Source: Phallusia mammillata (Eukaryota). Taken from it: a DNA stretch of 64,000 nucleotides. The stretch covers positions 16,244,001 through 16,308,000 of the forward strand of contig OZ281499.1 of the NCBI GenBank assembly GCA_965637545.1. The letters run 5' to 3'. Made by a program: the position numbers and the translations under genes. Below are positions 37,601 to 50,171 of the stretch, piece by piece (positions within the stretch are counted from its first letter, which is position 1; each line of letters starts with the position of its first letter). A model generated the notes under the pieces. The model was not told where the DNA came from and ran no database searches. It saw only the letters and a program-made list of their open reading frames with translations.

Positions 37601-39817
37601 ACAGCTGCGACAAACTTAATATAACATTGGTTTTCTTGTGTGCACTTAGGGAAACGCTCATTCAAAATAATCCGTTAAATTTAGCTCGAAGAGGGGGGAC
37701 GCTTTTTCTTTTATTGTGAAAAATGAGACCACATCTATTCAATGACTTGGGATTTTAAGTGCCAAGTTACTGTTGGCAATATTTGTTTAAATCGAAAGGT
37801 TCTACGATATTTCCTTTCCTTTAAAATTGTGATAATTTGAGTGAAATTAATTTACATGCGAAAAAAGTGAATATATTTATAGACAGCGTTTAATTGCGTT
37901 GTTACTCGACAGTTTATTTTTATTCTCCTTTCCCTCGGGAAACACTGTCATGTTTCTGACAACAAACAACAATTTCGTTAGATCGCTTTTATCGTAGAGT
38001 TTGTCAACATTCGATTGCAGTACAAACAGCTTCCTTCCCCAAATAAACTATACACCATGATGTGATATAAGCACTACAAATAAGTTTATTAGTTTGCTGT
38101 AGTTGTGGAAGACAATTACGAAGAAGTTAAGCATTGAATATTTAGTAACAAATACGCGATTGCCTGATTATAGCTAATACTGGTTCTTATATTTTGTGTG
38201 ATATTGCCGGACCCTTATAACTTATCTGTGAGTGTTGTGGTTGTTGCCGCGTGAACGATTATTAAATCAGTTATATATCAAACAACCTAAATAGGCTATG
38301 TGAAGTTTTAGTTGTGTGATCCTGCTTAGTACAGTTTAACACTGAAAAATGTTGATTTGTATGTTTATTTGACTTCCTTTTAAGGGCCTAAAGTAGGATC
38401 TCAAACTTAAAACGGTAGTATTTATTTTGCAATGAAAAATGGTTAGAAAAAAAGTGTTTTCTGGAAATGACAGCATTTCCCAGAAGCATATAACAACAAA
38501 CTAGTGCTTTTTGAGGTCTGTTTGGGTTCTTGCCATTTTGATAACGAACGCTAATCCGGTGTTAGTATCTCACATGTGAAGCAGCAGGTGTTGTGATCGA
38601 CCGCTTTTGTTTGTGTTTTTCCGGTGCGGGCCGATGGAAAAACAACGTCGCTGAATTTCACACGCACGCGGTCACACACGAGAAAGCAATTGAACCGCAT
38701 TCGTTTACTACATCAGGTCATATTGAAGCAAATGGCCTCTTTAGCCTTTCATGATAATCTTAAAAAAACTCAATTATTCAATTATTTTCTATTTTGATTT
38801 AGAAAAGAATCTAATTTGTAAACGATTATTCCGAAAAACAGTTATTGCTGATGTTTCAATATAATATCCTATACGCATGAGCAAAAGAATGAAGGGAAAG
38901 AAGGTTTTCCTAATGGCATTTTGTTGTTATATTTTTGTGTTATAGGCAATGTAAATTGTACTATTGCACTAAAGCTCTCTTTTTGCATACCCCAAAGATT
39001 TTCTACAAAACCTACTTTTTCGGTTAAATTCGGATAGGACACATCTGACACCTGGTGGTTTAAAGAAATTGGTGGTACACTTTAATTTACGACAGTTTTA
39101 AAGCGGCCTCAGTAATTTTGCAAGCATGTTAGAATCGTCGAAACATTTCTCCGTACCATCACGAATAACGATGCAATGAAACATAAACATGACCTTACAT
39201 GGTTTTAAATGCTTTTCACACAAATAGCAAAACCATGCGGTATATTTTATTGCTGCAATAAGAGAAAGCATGTTGCAATGAAAAACGAAAGTAAAGCACC
39301 GCAGCGAGATGTATGCTGTTAAAAAAATGCAAAGGTAAACGGATCTTATTAAACAAAGAAAAATTGCATGCAACCTATTGTATTACTTGGGTGATGCGAA
39401 ACTAAAAACGTACGGCCGTAGGATAGAATATAGATTTTGCACGTTTAAACACAAATTTGATTTGCTAACAAAGCGGTAATGGAACAGGTCGTTGACGATC
39501 AACATAAAATAAGCCACAAACTGTGTATTGCTGATAAATTAACAACATAGGTAAGCGCAAAAAATAACAAAGTGTCGGAAATATCTAGGATCAACGATTT
39601 TAAATCTTCTTGGCCTAAAATGCCAGTCAATAAGTTTAATTTTTTCTTAAATTTGTTCCGAACATGATTTAGAGTTCTAGACCATGATCTAGTAAAATTT
39701 TTAATTATGCATTATTATGAATAAAAACAGATCTGTCACGTTTGTAGTATACCAGAGATAAAAACGAACTTCGCTAGTTTCAACACTGAAGGTGGTGAAT
39801 CAGCGCCTTGCTTCTCT

Positions 39818-39933
39818 CTAGCGGACATAAAAGTCCTCACAACCGTCTTCTTTTGGCCGCACGAGGCCACCAGAGCAGCATACCGATGACGTTGCGAAAT
39901 AGAAGGTTTGGTGACAGCATAACCGATTATCCC
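39818..39933 (-). CDS. FN3 gene exon 14, terminal (DNRLCCHQTFYFATSSVCCSGGLVRPKEDGCEDFYVR*)
   Basis: Acceptor TCTTTTGTAAAACAG; continues the CC repeat; TAG stop at 39820-39818. Confidence 0.85.
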
Positions 39934-42900
39934 CTGTTTTACAAAAGACATACTATAGTTTAATTTTCACATTGAGTTGTCCATAGCCTACCTTATTTGG
40001 CTTATAGTTTATACTTTATCAAATAGGCCTTAAAATCTTGATAAACCTATAGTTGCGTTTTTAAAGTTAGATTCATACAAAATCAATTGCACATTTTATT
40101 TGACAACTTCGTTGTGCGCTGTTGTATAAAACTTGATAAAAAACGTTTATTATTGTTGGTAAAGCTCTTTTTGTATCTAAATTATAAATGTAGCCTACTA
40201 TGGTTGACCTAGGTCAGTATTAGGCGTTTAACAACTATATAGGTAAAGTAAGTTTCAATGCAAGATTTGCATGTACTTATTTGGCTGTACAACGCAACCA
40301 TATACCGAAGTAACGTTTTTAAGATTGCTAAAAATCTCCAATCTAAATTGTCCAACACGCTATCAGAACTGTTTATTTGTAGTCTACACCACGGGAATTT
40401 CTAGCCCCACTCGTCTTACAGGTAATCAGAAATACCAACCTTCTCTGGCAAGGATCTCTCCGCAGCATTGTTGATTAGCCTTGTTATAAGGTCTGTTTCC
40501 GCAACATGAATCTGGTGTCACCACATCCGGCCTTGGTACCCTTCGTCCGGTTCCTGACAAACAGTTGATATAAACATTCAAAGACTTATGGACCAATAAA
40601 AATAAACAACTGGAAGAACCGGCGAAATTACAGAATCCAAACTGAAAAGTAAAGAAACGAACGCATTCCTAAACACAACCTGGCTACTTGATCTTCTTCG
40701 GTTTACTAGTTTATCTGCTTTAATTTTAAACCTGCCACGTGTTAAAACGAGTCAACAACATGTGAATCTGGAATATACCTTTAGGAGCCGGTAAAACATG
40801 TTAAATGGACTAAAACTTAATCTGAAATAATGAAACACGGTTTGTCTCATTAAAAACTTAGGCTGTATAGATAACCTCTCCGTGGTCATTTTTTAAACTC
40901 ATAGGCCTACATGCTTTTCAGTAGTTTGCAATGTTACCTTAAGGTCACGGTAGAAAAATATGTTTGTTGGGTTGGTATTTGAATCCCGAACGTAAAACGA
41001 ATTTACGTTGTACGGAGAAATATGTTTAATAACTGTAACACCATTAAAGATCGGTACTTTCCAATTTTATTGATACGTTCAAGATTTGGGAAAGTGTTAT
41101 TGGCTTTAAGCTATATAGAAACGAAAAAGGGCAAACTTCCCTTTTTACAAGGACTGGAAGAGCCATATATTTTTAAACGGCAGTATTCATTTGCTGTTAG
41201 CGTTTAATATCGCTGGTTTGGCCTAATCGTTTTGAGTGAATAAATAATGTGGTTTCTTACTTGCTAGAATACAAGGTAATGCTCGTCTCGGCAAGTTCGG
41301 AGGATCGCCGACTTTTCCCGTTTCGGGATCCACAACAGCTCGGGAGGAAACAACAAGTTCTGGACCTTCCAGATAGTTACTCACACACCTGCTGTGAATT
41401 GTGAACCTCTCCTCGCGGGGTACATTGGGTAAATAGATTTCCTAAAACAAGAGATTGCAAAACATGACTACTTCTGTATGGTAAGCACTTAAGGTTTTTC
41501 TGTCAAATAAGGGCAGCTTTCGCGCCTTCAAGCTTGTTTAACCCTGTTTCTTGCCTTGCGGCGACTATTAAAATATATTATTATTAATAACAACTTATTA
41601 ATAATAATGAACAAACAGATTGTGTGATATAAGCAGAGCAGGTTGTGGCAAAACATTTCAATTTAAAATGATGTTTTACCACCGAAAAAGAGTTTCAGGA
41701 AAGATTGAATTCATGCCCAGTGCAAAATGTTGAACTAAATAGGTGTTTTTTTCAGGAATGCCAATTTCACGCAATGTAATTATTCAGAGTTGTGAACAGG
41801 CCTGAAATTGCAGCCCGGACCCGAAAGTACAGGCACTAACCCGAAAGCTACTTAAATTGATCAAAACAAATACTGACACAAACTGTAAAGTCAGGCCCGA
41901 ATCAAGCCTTACAACGCTGTAACTATTACTCTATGGGAAACTGTTCTGCTAACCTGTCCGATAAAGTGATATCCGGGTGGTTTGCTTTCAGGATTCGGAC
42001 TAACGCTCACTTTCAGTTCAGGACATTTGCCCACTGACGGACTGTCATATACCACAATTATTCCCCCGTTGGTTGGATCCAATGTGGTTATTCTCGGCTT
42101 AGGAGGTACTGAGAACAAGATGTGTTAAAATGTATTGTTCTCGTGGACAATTGCAGGTATTTTGTATTTAAATGTTTATCCTTTATGTTCCCCATGAGGT
42201 ATGATGGACATGTGTTCAGTTTTGCGATAAACAAGTTATAGCAAAATTTTGTACATACTTGGTAGCCCATAGATAACCATATTGAGTGCACAAGAAACTA
42301 TACGTACTTGTTGTTTGAACTGTCTCGGCCTGCAGTACAGGTAATTCTCCTGGTTTTTGCGTGTACACCGTAAACTTGTACGTCACGCCGGGAATTAGTT
42401 GTTGAACTTTCACATTCACAAGGAAATCTCCTGATCTAACGCGTGTGGTGCCAGTTTGTCCAGAAGTCGCGTCCTACAAATGACAAAATTAAAAGGACAA
42501 TAAGAAATGCATTCTTGGCTTTAGTTGAGTATGGTGAAAAATGATATTGTTTGTCCTCAATGTTTGGACTGACCTGTTAAACACGTCATACATAAATTTA
42601 TTTCGAACATTTAAAGGAGTAGCAAAGATGTACTCAAAAATGCTTTGCAAAGAGTTTTGCGCTGTCAGACGCTATTTACTCATGAAAAATTCCTGTAGAA
42701 CAAATTACCAAAATTTTCAATACAACTTGTACCTTCAATGAAAATAACATTACTTTTTAATGTAAGTTAGTTCATGACAATTTGCCAAGTTTTGTTTTAC
42801 AACTAAGTTTATTTAAATATAATTTTGTCAATGTTTTAAACCGACATTTAACAAAGTAGAACATACACAAAAGTGCGCTACAAAAACTTTACCATATTTA

Positions 42901-45900
42901 AACGCTAGTCGACTTTCATATCGGGTTTACCTCAATGTCGACGTATCCAATCAAGTATTCAATTTCATCGCTTGTTGTAAACGTTGCAGGTTGGTCCCAT
43001 TGAAGCGTGACGAAATCTTGGCCGTATGCAGTAACTTGCAAAAGCATAGGAGCAGCTGGTTCTGAACAGAAAAAAACGGTACAACGTTCTTTAATTGAGG
43101 CAAAACTGCTGTCAAACTGGCCGCTAGGGGGGTAAATCTGGCAAGCAATGTTTATGCTTTTATTGAGACAATAAATTTGTTCAACAAATTACGCTGATTA
43201 CTATGTGATATTAGCGTAACATTATGAGTCTAACTGCTACATTCGGCAATATTAATAGTAATTAAAAAACGGTTAAATCATGATTGGAAATGGTTTCTGG
43301 CCCGCGTAAAATCGAATAAAATACGACTCTCAGCACCAAACTTGGTACTCATGATCTATATTGGTCATTGGTACTTTACATGCTCGTTTAATCGGGTCGT
43401 TTTTTCAAACATGCACGTAATTCGCAAATTTGAAAACAACACACTAGCTGTGGATGAGCTGGACTGTAATGAACTTGACCGGAACATACAGAGCGCAATT
43501 CAATCCAGTATCCACCGCAAGGAAACAGTGTTTTATATTGTATTGAAAGGTACGCTATTTGTTTGTTAGAACATGCATATGTTTTATAAGCAACATTTTT
43601 TGCAAGAATTTGAACACTAGCCCAAATGTTTCATAGAAACTAATCGCTACTTGATCCCATAGCCAGAAACGGTTCTATTTCGTCTGTAACATCGCGTAAT
43701 AAGATTGACATAAACAAAGGTTGAAACAGAACACCCCTTGTAACCAATGTCTAAAAAGTCAGTTCGCACGAGAACATAAAAAGCTTAGAATATGTGTGAC
43801 CGGCGCCTACTGTTGAAACGCTGATGCTAATTGGTTTTGTAAAATTGAGAATATACAACGCCCAAAAGCCGATAATTTGAAGCTTATTCCAACGTTTTAT
43901 CTACTGGGCGTCTGGCCAACAACGTGCCACTAATTTAGTGAGTCGATTTACAAAATTTATTTAAACCACCCAAACCGTCAACTATAATTAGTTTACTATA
44001 GTAACTAAATATAACATGTACGTGGAATTGGCAATACGCTTAGACAGTTCATTTTCTGAGAGATCTGGCGATATAAGTTCATGCAAAACTTTTAGTTATT
44101 CGTCCCTATGATTTTAAGATTTATACCAGTATCTTATTTGGTTCATTATAGTCTTCATCCACTAAGCAACGAACTGGTATCTTGTAGTTTAAAGTACAAG
44201 TCTGGCGATATACAATTGATACATTTCAAGCACGATACAATGACCTTATGTAGCCTAACCTGATCACCTTAAACAAATCTTTTTCCTAAAACCATGGTCA
44301 TTAACTTAGTAAACTTACATCAAATTATGATATGAAAAACGTACTTGTGTTGATTTCCACTGTGTATGGTTCCCAGCTTCTTACCCCTTTGGATACCGAA
44401 TATACTTTCAATACGTATTTTGTAGAAGGTTGCAATCCGGTAAAGGTATAAACATTAAAGCGATTGTAAATTGGGTCGAGAGATGGAGGGCCTACAACCC
44501 CGTGCTCCGGATCAAGGACAAATTCTCTGAAAGTGGAGACGTTTTTTGGTAAATGCAATTCACTGTTTTACACATACAAGACACATACAAGCCAGAAAAA
44601 TTGTGACAAATTAATTTACTTGAAAATGACATCAGAGGATTATTGAAACATCATGATTTTTCTTATGTATACTTGCTTCTCTGTTTGTTGTTAGTTTTAG
44701 CATGCAAGAATATTTTTTTGTAATGTTTGCACAAACTTTTTCAGTTGGGTTGTTTATGAAAACAACTCGAATTACTTTTTTTCTGATTAATACTAAATTA
44801 TTTCTTGGTTAAAGTCGTTCACTTAATTTAGCCTTTTAATTTTAACTGACAAAACCCGAAATCCTTTTGCAGAAAAAATTACACTTAAATCCAGTAATAA
44901 CGTGCAACAAAAGTGTTAATCCTATGCTTGTACAAACAAAGTCTGAACTTGTTATGATAAACACGAGACACTTACAGTTTGTCGAAAATGCCCTTCAACG
45001 GTCCCAAAGTGTTAACACTTGCATGTGTTGCTCCCACATCTGTTACCTCCACTGTATAAGGCGTGGCTGGTGCTAAAACAGATGGACCAGTTCGTTGACA
45101 AATATTTTAGAAGTCAGCGAAATGTAACGTCTTACTATACTTTTGTGTTTGTTGAAATGTTTATGTACATGATCATGAACGCAAAACGTTCTTGTCACGT
45201 TTTAAGATAGATGTTTGGGCAAACCATGGTTGCAAATGTTAATTAGCAGCCTGCTTAATTTGAGGATTGCAAACAATATTTTTTTAAGAGAAAAATTGAC
45301 CAAAAACAAACCAAGAAGTTTTATAAACCATAGGTTGTTCAAAATATGACCGCAATCAAATCATTTTCATCTTTACAAAATGTATATCAATATTATTGCA
45401 AAAATATCATTCCTTTGTTTCAGTCCATTTGACAAGCATAAAAAATTGATCTCATAAAAAAAATAACAAACTTACGGATTATCGCAGTAGCTGTAATTGG
45501 AGTGCTGTATACCAAATCATACAGAGGACCTGTTTTCGTCCGAACGCTTATGGTATATTGCTGACCTTAAACACAAAATACGATAACGTTATGACAAAGT
45601 CTGCGCTTAAAACGTGATTAGCCGGAATTCAAAGGCAGTCAGACAGTTTGTTTTGACCGTGAATCGTTTGGTTGTACTAAAAACAAAACCAAGGATTTCG
45701 CGCGTCTGTGGAAAATGTATAACCGTATATGCGCAACACGTTGTACAGGATTAACTGATAAACGCGTAGATTTTACAAAATGTATGAGCATTGCGAATTA
45801 GAGTTTGTAATAAAATGTCGCGATGACTCAGAAAAGCCCGTTACTGAAAAGAAAAGTTACAAATATTTAACGAAACGTAACTAATAAAAATGTCAACAAT

Positions 45901-48900
45901 AATGTTTCATATTTGTATAAATGCTTTATTTTGGTTAAGCTTATGTCCTAATCTGGCATACCATTTTATTACATACCTGGAGTAAGTCCTGCGAAAATTC
46001 GACTTGTGTGATCTGGTTCTTCGTCCTTATTAGGTTGCGGATTTAACATTGCACAATCTTCTTTTGGTTCAATACGAACATCGTATCCGTTTAAACCTAA
46101 ATAATAATATTTCAAGTCAGTTTTCCAATTTTTTTCCAGATTCAAATCAGCTATAGTAAGATTGATATTACCATCAAAAATCCAAAAATTAACCTATAAT
46201 TCAAGATGCTATATTTATAACTGCTGAAAGAGAAAACAGCGCATCTTTGGAAAGTGAAAGTCATTCGACAAATATGTTTATATTTGGGTGTTTCCTATTG
46301 AGTTGTTTTGTTAAGCTGTTTGCCAGGTAATACTGCTTTTTGACACAACACTAAACACCTCTGGCGCCCATTAATCATTGTTTTTAATGCAGTCCGGAAT
46401 AGGTCTTGCCCTACCCTTTTTCGACTTTATCACCGACGCCAAATATTATACTGTATACAAGACCTGTCAGTTTCTTTACACTAAGTCAATTGCCTGTCGC
46501 CAAAGTCTTGCTCATAGATGTTGGCTAATCAATCATTTCCGTGTTAAAAGGACATACCAAGAAAATTACATTGTAAACACCAAGCGTTAGACATAATTTG
46601 TCATATTAAATAATCGAGAAGTACTTTGTTTAGCAAATTTTAATGCAAAAAAGCACCAGTTTTTAGCACAATTTGTTTTACTTATACCATTTTTGACGAT
46701 GGTCTGTTTCACTTTATTCTTTACATTTTTGATCAGGTTATTTTACGCTGTGTTTGATCAATCAAAATTTCCACCGCACCAGGAGAATATTAGTAAAACG
46801 CCTTATGTTGAGATTGCGTTGATAGCAACTGACTTTGACATTTAGGAAGATTGTAAACTGGGAAACAAGCAGAAAGTTACCCGTGCGCCCATTAACCACA
46901 GAGTAATGCTGCGTTGCCGGTTTGGCGAGTTGCTGCTTTAAACATTCAACAGAGAAATGCATTTAGGGTTCTGATTTTTAAACGTTGGCTAGTAAAATAA
47001 ACTTTGCATTTGGAAATCAATTGAACCTCACAGAAATTTCGTGATTTTATCTGTTTTGAAAAGATTTCAAATGCTTCAGATTCGAATTAAACATTGTTAA
47101 CACTGACTCAAAAGCAAATAACTTATTATTAAATATAGAATTGACATTTTTGTTTTGTGCATTAGGTATAAACAAAACACAAATTTCATTTTTCGATTTA
47201 GGATGATTTTTATTTGAATATAACTATTAAATTACGTCTGATTCCAGTTTAGATAGAAATTACCTGTTCTGCCCTCAGGGGCCTCCCAATCAACGTGCAG
47301 ACCAACCACTGGTGCTGAATATGTGTCTTCGTAATCTCCAAGTTTCACCGCTAACTTCACCTCACGAATGGGTGTGAGTTTAAGCGATCGTGGTTGCCGG
47401 GGCTCTGAAAAGGCAAAAAAAGAAGATCAAAATTAGCCTTTAATTAAATGTCAAAAGCAAAAAAAAGATCAAATTAGCCTTTAATTAAAACTTTGAGCGC
47501 TTTCAGTATGATCGCGTCAATTTGACTGGAATATAATTATTTAAGTACTTTTTCTGTTTATATGTCAGCACTTTCGTACACGAAACGAAGTTTAAAACAA
47601 TGTTATCAAACAGCGTTAAGTTTCTGCCCATAAGTGTTCGCTTTAAGCTGTTTTAGGCAGAACCGAAAGTCCCAATAGGCCGTCTTGTTTTTCATGCCCG
47701 ATATACTTCAACGTTTTAGTATTTTTATTTTTAAAAGTGTTTTTTTAAAATAGGGCCGCAACTGGTTTTACCTAAATTTGATTTTTTTATGGCGCCTTTG
47801 GGCAAACTGTTTTGTCTCAATTTAACGGATCCGCCTAATATAGTCACGTAGAAGAGGTATTCTCAGCAACGTTACATGTTTGCACAAGGGATTGCCGACT
47901 CCACCCACGAAGGCTTTAAAACGTCAATTTTGAATGTTTGTTTGCGGTGGAAAGTGCTTCAGTATACGGTCGTATGTAGTACGCTGAACTGTTTCACGTT
48001 TCTCATTAAGCCAAAATATTTTTCTTTATTGGTTTAGAGCTTCTGTTAGTTTGGGTTTAGTTTATTCTGCGAAAAATTACAACTTAATGCGTTTCGGAGA
48101 AATGTAAGTTGATTGTTGCTGAAAGTAGAAGCCAAGTTGGATGATTTAAAAAGCATATAACAAACTTCAAATGTGTGAACAATCGCATTTAGTATACAAT
48201 ACTTACAATCGAATCAACACAATTTACGTTGTTTCCAACAACGTTGTTGCTTTATAAATTGAGGATTTTGTTTTATTATTTTTAGACTATAACTTATGTA
48301 CAGATGTGACGCCCTAATTTTCTTTGGTTTGTATAAAGAAACCAATGTATTTCATTCGTTTTTGTGTACTTTCCACCTAACCACTTTAAAAAATCCCCGT
48401 GACACGTAATTTCCAAAAAAACTAGGTAATTAAAACTGTAATAACGTAGTTTAAACAGGTTATTAACAAACATGAAATCCATGAAACTAAAAAAAACATG
48501 CAAAACGTAGTTAAAGTTTTAAGAAAGGCAGAGATTTAGCCCCATTAACGTCCTAAGTTAAAAACCCAGGTAAGTTACTAATAAAGTTTTCACTTTATAC
48601 AAAATAAAAAATAAAACATTTCACTTTTGTACAAAATAAAATTTTTACATTTAAACAAATTTCTTACCACTCCAAATATGGAATCGTAGAGGTCTTGATC
48701 GTCTTCTATCTGCGGTTTCTCCACGTAACGTCACTGTATAAGCGATACCTGGTTGAAGGTCTTCGAACGTTCGAGAAGTGTCGTCCGGTCGCTCAGGCGG
48801 AAGAATCGTGGCTCTTGGAGATATCTACAACATCATATAAATACAGGTACTATAATAAGGGTGGTCAAATATGAACATACAGCAAAAGCAGTACGAGAAT

Positions 48901-50171
48901 GCAACAATGGTGTATTATCATTCAGGGCCTATTTTGAACTTACAGAGCCTGAAGCCAAATGTACAGTGTGGTCAAAATGAACCTTGAACAAAGGTGTCAT
49001 TAAGTTGTAATCAACGTTACAACCTTAGTGACTGTATATTACTACATATGTGGATACTATTAATATGTTATTGAGAGAAATTGCTTTTTATCGGTACGTA
49101 TGGGAGCTATAGTCTGTATATTTGTAAAACTTAGCAACGTATTTTATTGGAAAACTTAAAGAAGCTTTAGATAATCTATTAAAAGCTTTTGGAAAAGGCC
49201 ATCTTGTTAAAGGTTATGAAAAGTAAAAGCTGCGAAAACTAAAAGCTGTGTGACATTACAGCACACCCATGCAGATATTGTATCAAAAGCTGCAATTAGA
49301 GGTTATGTGTTTACCGCCAACACACATTTTATCGCCTTTCTTGAAGCTTACGTGCCACAGTTCTTGAAAATGTCAAGGCGCTACTTAGAGCAAAAATTCT
49401 GCACGTTTTTCCAGCACAGACCATTTAATGCCTTATGACACAATTAAAGGTTTTTTTTAAAAATAGTAAGAAACAGGCAGGTCAATTAAAGTATGTAAAG
49501 TGGCATTAAAAAATAAAAAACCTTACGCTTTATATCAATATATTCGTATATCTGATTCTTGGTAAATGACCTTGCAATTGAATCAATGCAAACCACTTTG
49601 TTTGTATGATCTAAGACTTGCCTTTACGCCGAATTTGGTGTATTTGATACTCGGCGGTTGTTTCCAATTTACACGAACCATTGTGAGCGTTCTTGCGGGA
49701 ATGGTGATTCCAATCGGAGTTGGTAATCTCTGTGCCCAACCTACGAAGCAAAATGGCTTAACGAAATTGACAACAACAAGATAAACAAGTTATCGAAGTA
49801 CAATTGTGCACACCGAGTGTCCAAAAATTACCAACATTTAATTTCTCAATTTAATTGTTGCCTACTTTTTAATCGTATTCAAAATTAGCTTGTAAACATA
49901 ACAAAACCAGTTTAAAAAAGAAAGTATAAAAAACGGCGTATGAACTTAGTACGAAAAGGCTCATCAAAATAGAGAAACAAAAACTTGCTTTTTAAGTTAA
50001 AAAAATATGACTTAATTGAGTTGAATATTGATCAAATGTGACATTATAGGTACTTCCCTAAAACTTTCATCACAAAACAATCTCTTTGGGTTCTTTTTAC
50101 CAAAAATAAAAATACAACTTACCTAGTGCTAAGACACTGCAAACCAAAACTGTAAAATATAATCCAGGCAT
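39818..50171 (-). CDS. Secreted protein, 613 aa: signal peptide + five fibronectin type III domains + C-terminal galaxin/usherin-like di-cysteine repeats
   Basis: complement(join(50123-50171, 49622-49740, 48668-48824, 47264-47404, 45977-46096, 45476-45565, 44976-45072, 44345-44526, 42931-43061, 42308-42473, 41930-42108, 41261-41441, 40440-40553, 39818-39933)) = 1842 nt, open throughout. FN3 hallmarks (W-x-x-P, L-x-P-G/S-x-x-Y). No TM segment, no RGD. Confidence 0.9.
40440..40553 (-). CDS. FN3 gene exon 13 (DSCCGNRPYNKANQQCCGEILARE)
   Basis: Acceptor CTGTTTGTCAG, donor G|GTTGGT; di-cysteine repeat. Confidence 0.85.
41261..41441 (-). CDS. FN3 gene exon 12 (FN3-5 C-half and linker)
   Basis: Acceptor TCTTGTTTTAG, donor A|GTAAGA; EIYLPNVPREERFTIHSRCVSNYLEG. 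Confidence 0.85.
41797..41903. mobile_element. Fragment of a DNA transposon end with (G/A)CCCGA subterminal repeats (hAT-like), in an FN3 gene intron
   Basis: CAGGCCTG...GCCCGGACCCGAAAG...AACCCGAAAG...GTCAGGCCCGA; no TIR pair or TSD found. Confidence 0.4.
41930..42108 (-). CDS. FN3 gene exon 11 (FN3-5 N-half)
   Basis: Acceptor CTTGTTCTCAG, donor AGA|GTAATA; phase 1-0. Confidence 0.85.
42308..42473 (-). CDS. FN3 gene exon 10 (VQQLIPGVTYKFTVYT)
   Basis: Acceptor CATTTGTAG, donor A|GTACGT; phase 0-1. Confidence 0.9.
42931..43061 (-). CDS. FN3 gene exon 9 (FVTLQWDQP)
   Basis: Acceptor TTTTTTTCTGTTCAG, donor GAG|GTAAAC; phase 1-0. Confidence 0.9.
44345..44526 (-). CDS. FN3 gene exon 8 (YTFTGLQPSTKYVLKVYSV)
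   Basis: Acceptor CTCCACTTTCAG, donor A|GTACGT; phase 2-1. Confidence 0.9.
44976..45072 (-). CDS. FN3 gene exon 7 (FN3-3 N-half)
   Basis: Acceptor CTGTTTTAG, donor CT|GTAAGT; phase 1-2. Confidence 0.85.
45476..45565 (-). CDS. FN3 gene exon 6 (QQYTISVRT...TPITATAII)
   Basis: Acceptor TTTTGTGTTTAAG, donor C|GTAAGT; phase 1-1. Confidence 0.9.
45977..46096 (-). CDS. FN3 gene exon 5 (LNGYDVRIEP...IFAGLTPG)
   Basis: Acceptor ATTATTTTAG, donor G|GTATGT; phase 1-1. Confidence 0.9.
47264..47404 (-). CDS. FN3 gene exon 4 (FN3-2 N-part, GLHVDWEAP)
   Basis: Acceptor TTTTTTTGCCTTTTCAG, donor G|GTAATT; phase 1-1. Confidence 0.9.
47413..47489. repeat. Tandem duplication of the branch-point/polypyrimidine segment upstream of FN3 gene exon 4
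   Basis: GCAAAAAAAGAAGATCAAAATTAGCCTTTAATTAAA (47413-47448) recurs at 47457-47489. Confidence 0.85.
48668..48824 (-). CDS. FN3 gene exon 3 (FN3-1 C-half, TFEDLQPGIAYTVTL)
   Basis: Acceptor GATGTTGTAG, donor G|GTAAGA; 157 nt, open. Confidence 0.9.
49622..49740 (-). CDS. FN3 gene exon 2 (FN3-1 N-half, ...VRVNWKQPPSIKYTKFGVK)
   Basis: Acceptor TTTTGCTTCGTAG; donor AAG|GCAAGT (GC-AG). A weaker GT donor lies 6 nt earlier. Confidence 0.85.
50123..50171 (-). CDS. FN3 gene exon 1, signal peptide MPGLYFTVLVCSVLAL
   Basis: ATG, hydrophobic core, phase-1 donor G|GTAAGT. Confidence 0.85.

Noticed and set aside
46250-46261. Blimp1/IRF-like site GAAAGTGAAAGT in an FN3 gene intron
   Set aside because: A single short motif in AT-rich DNA; cannot support regulation by the neighbouring Prdm1.
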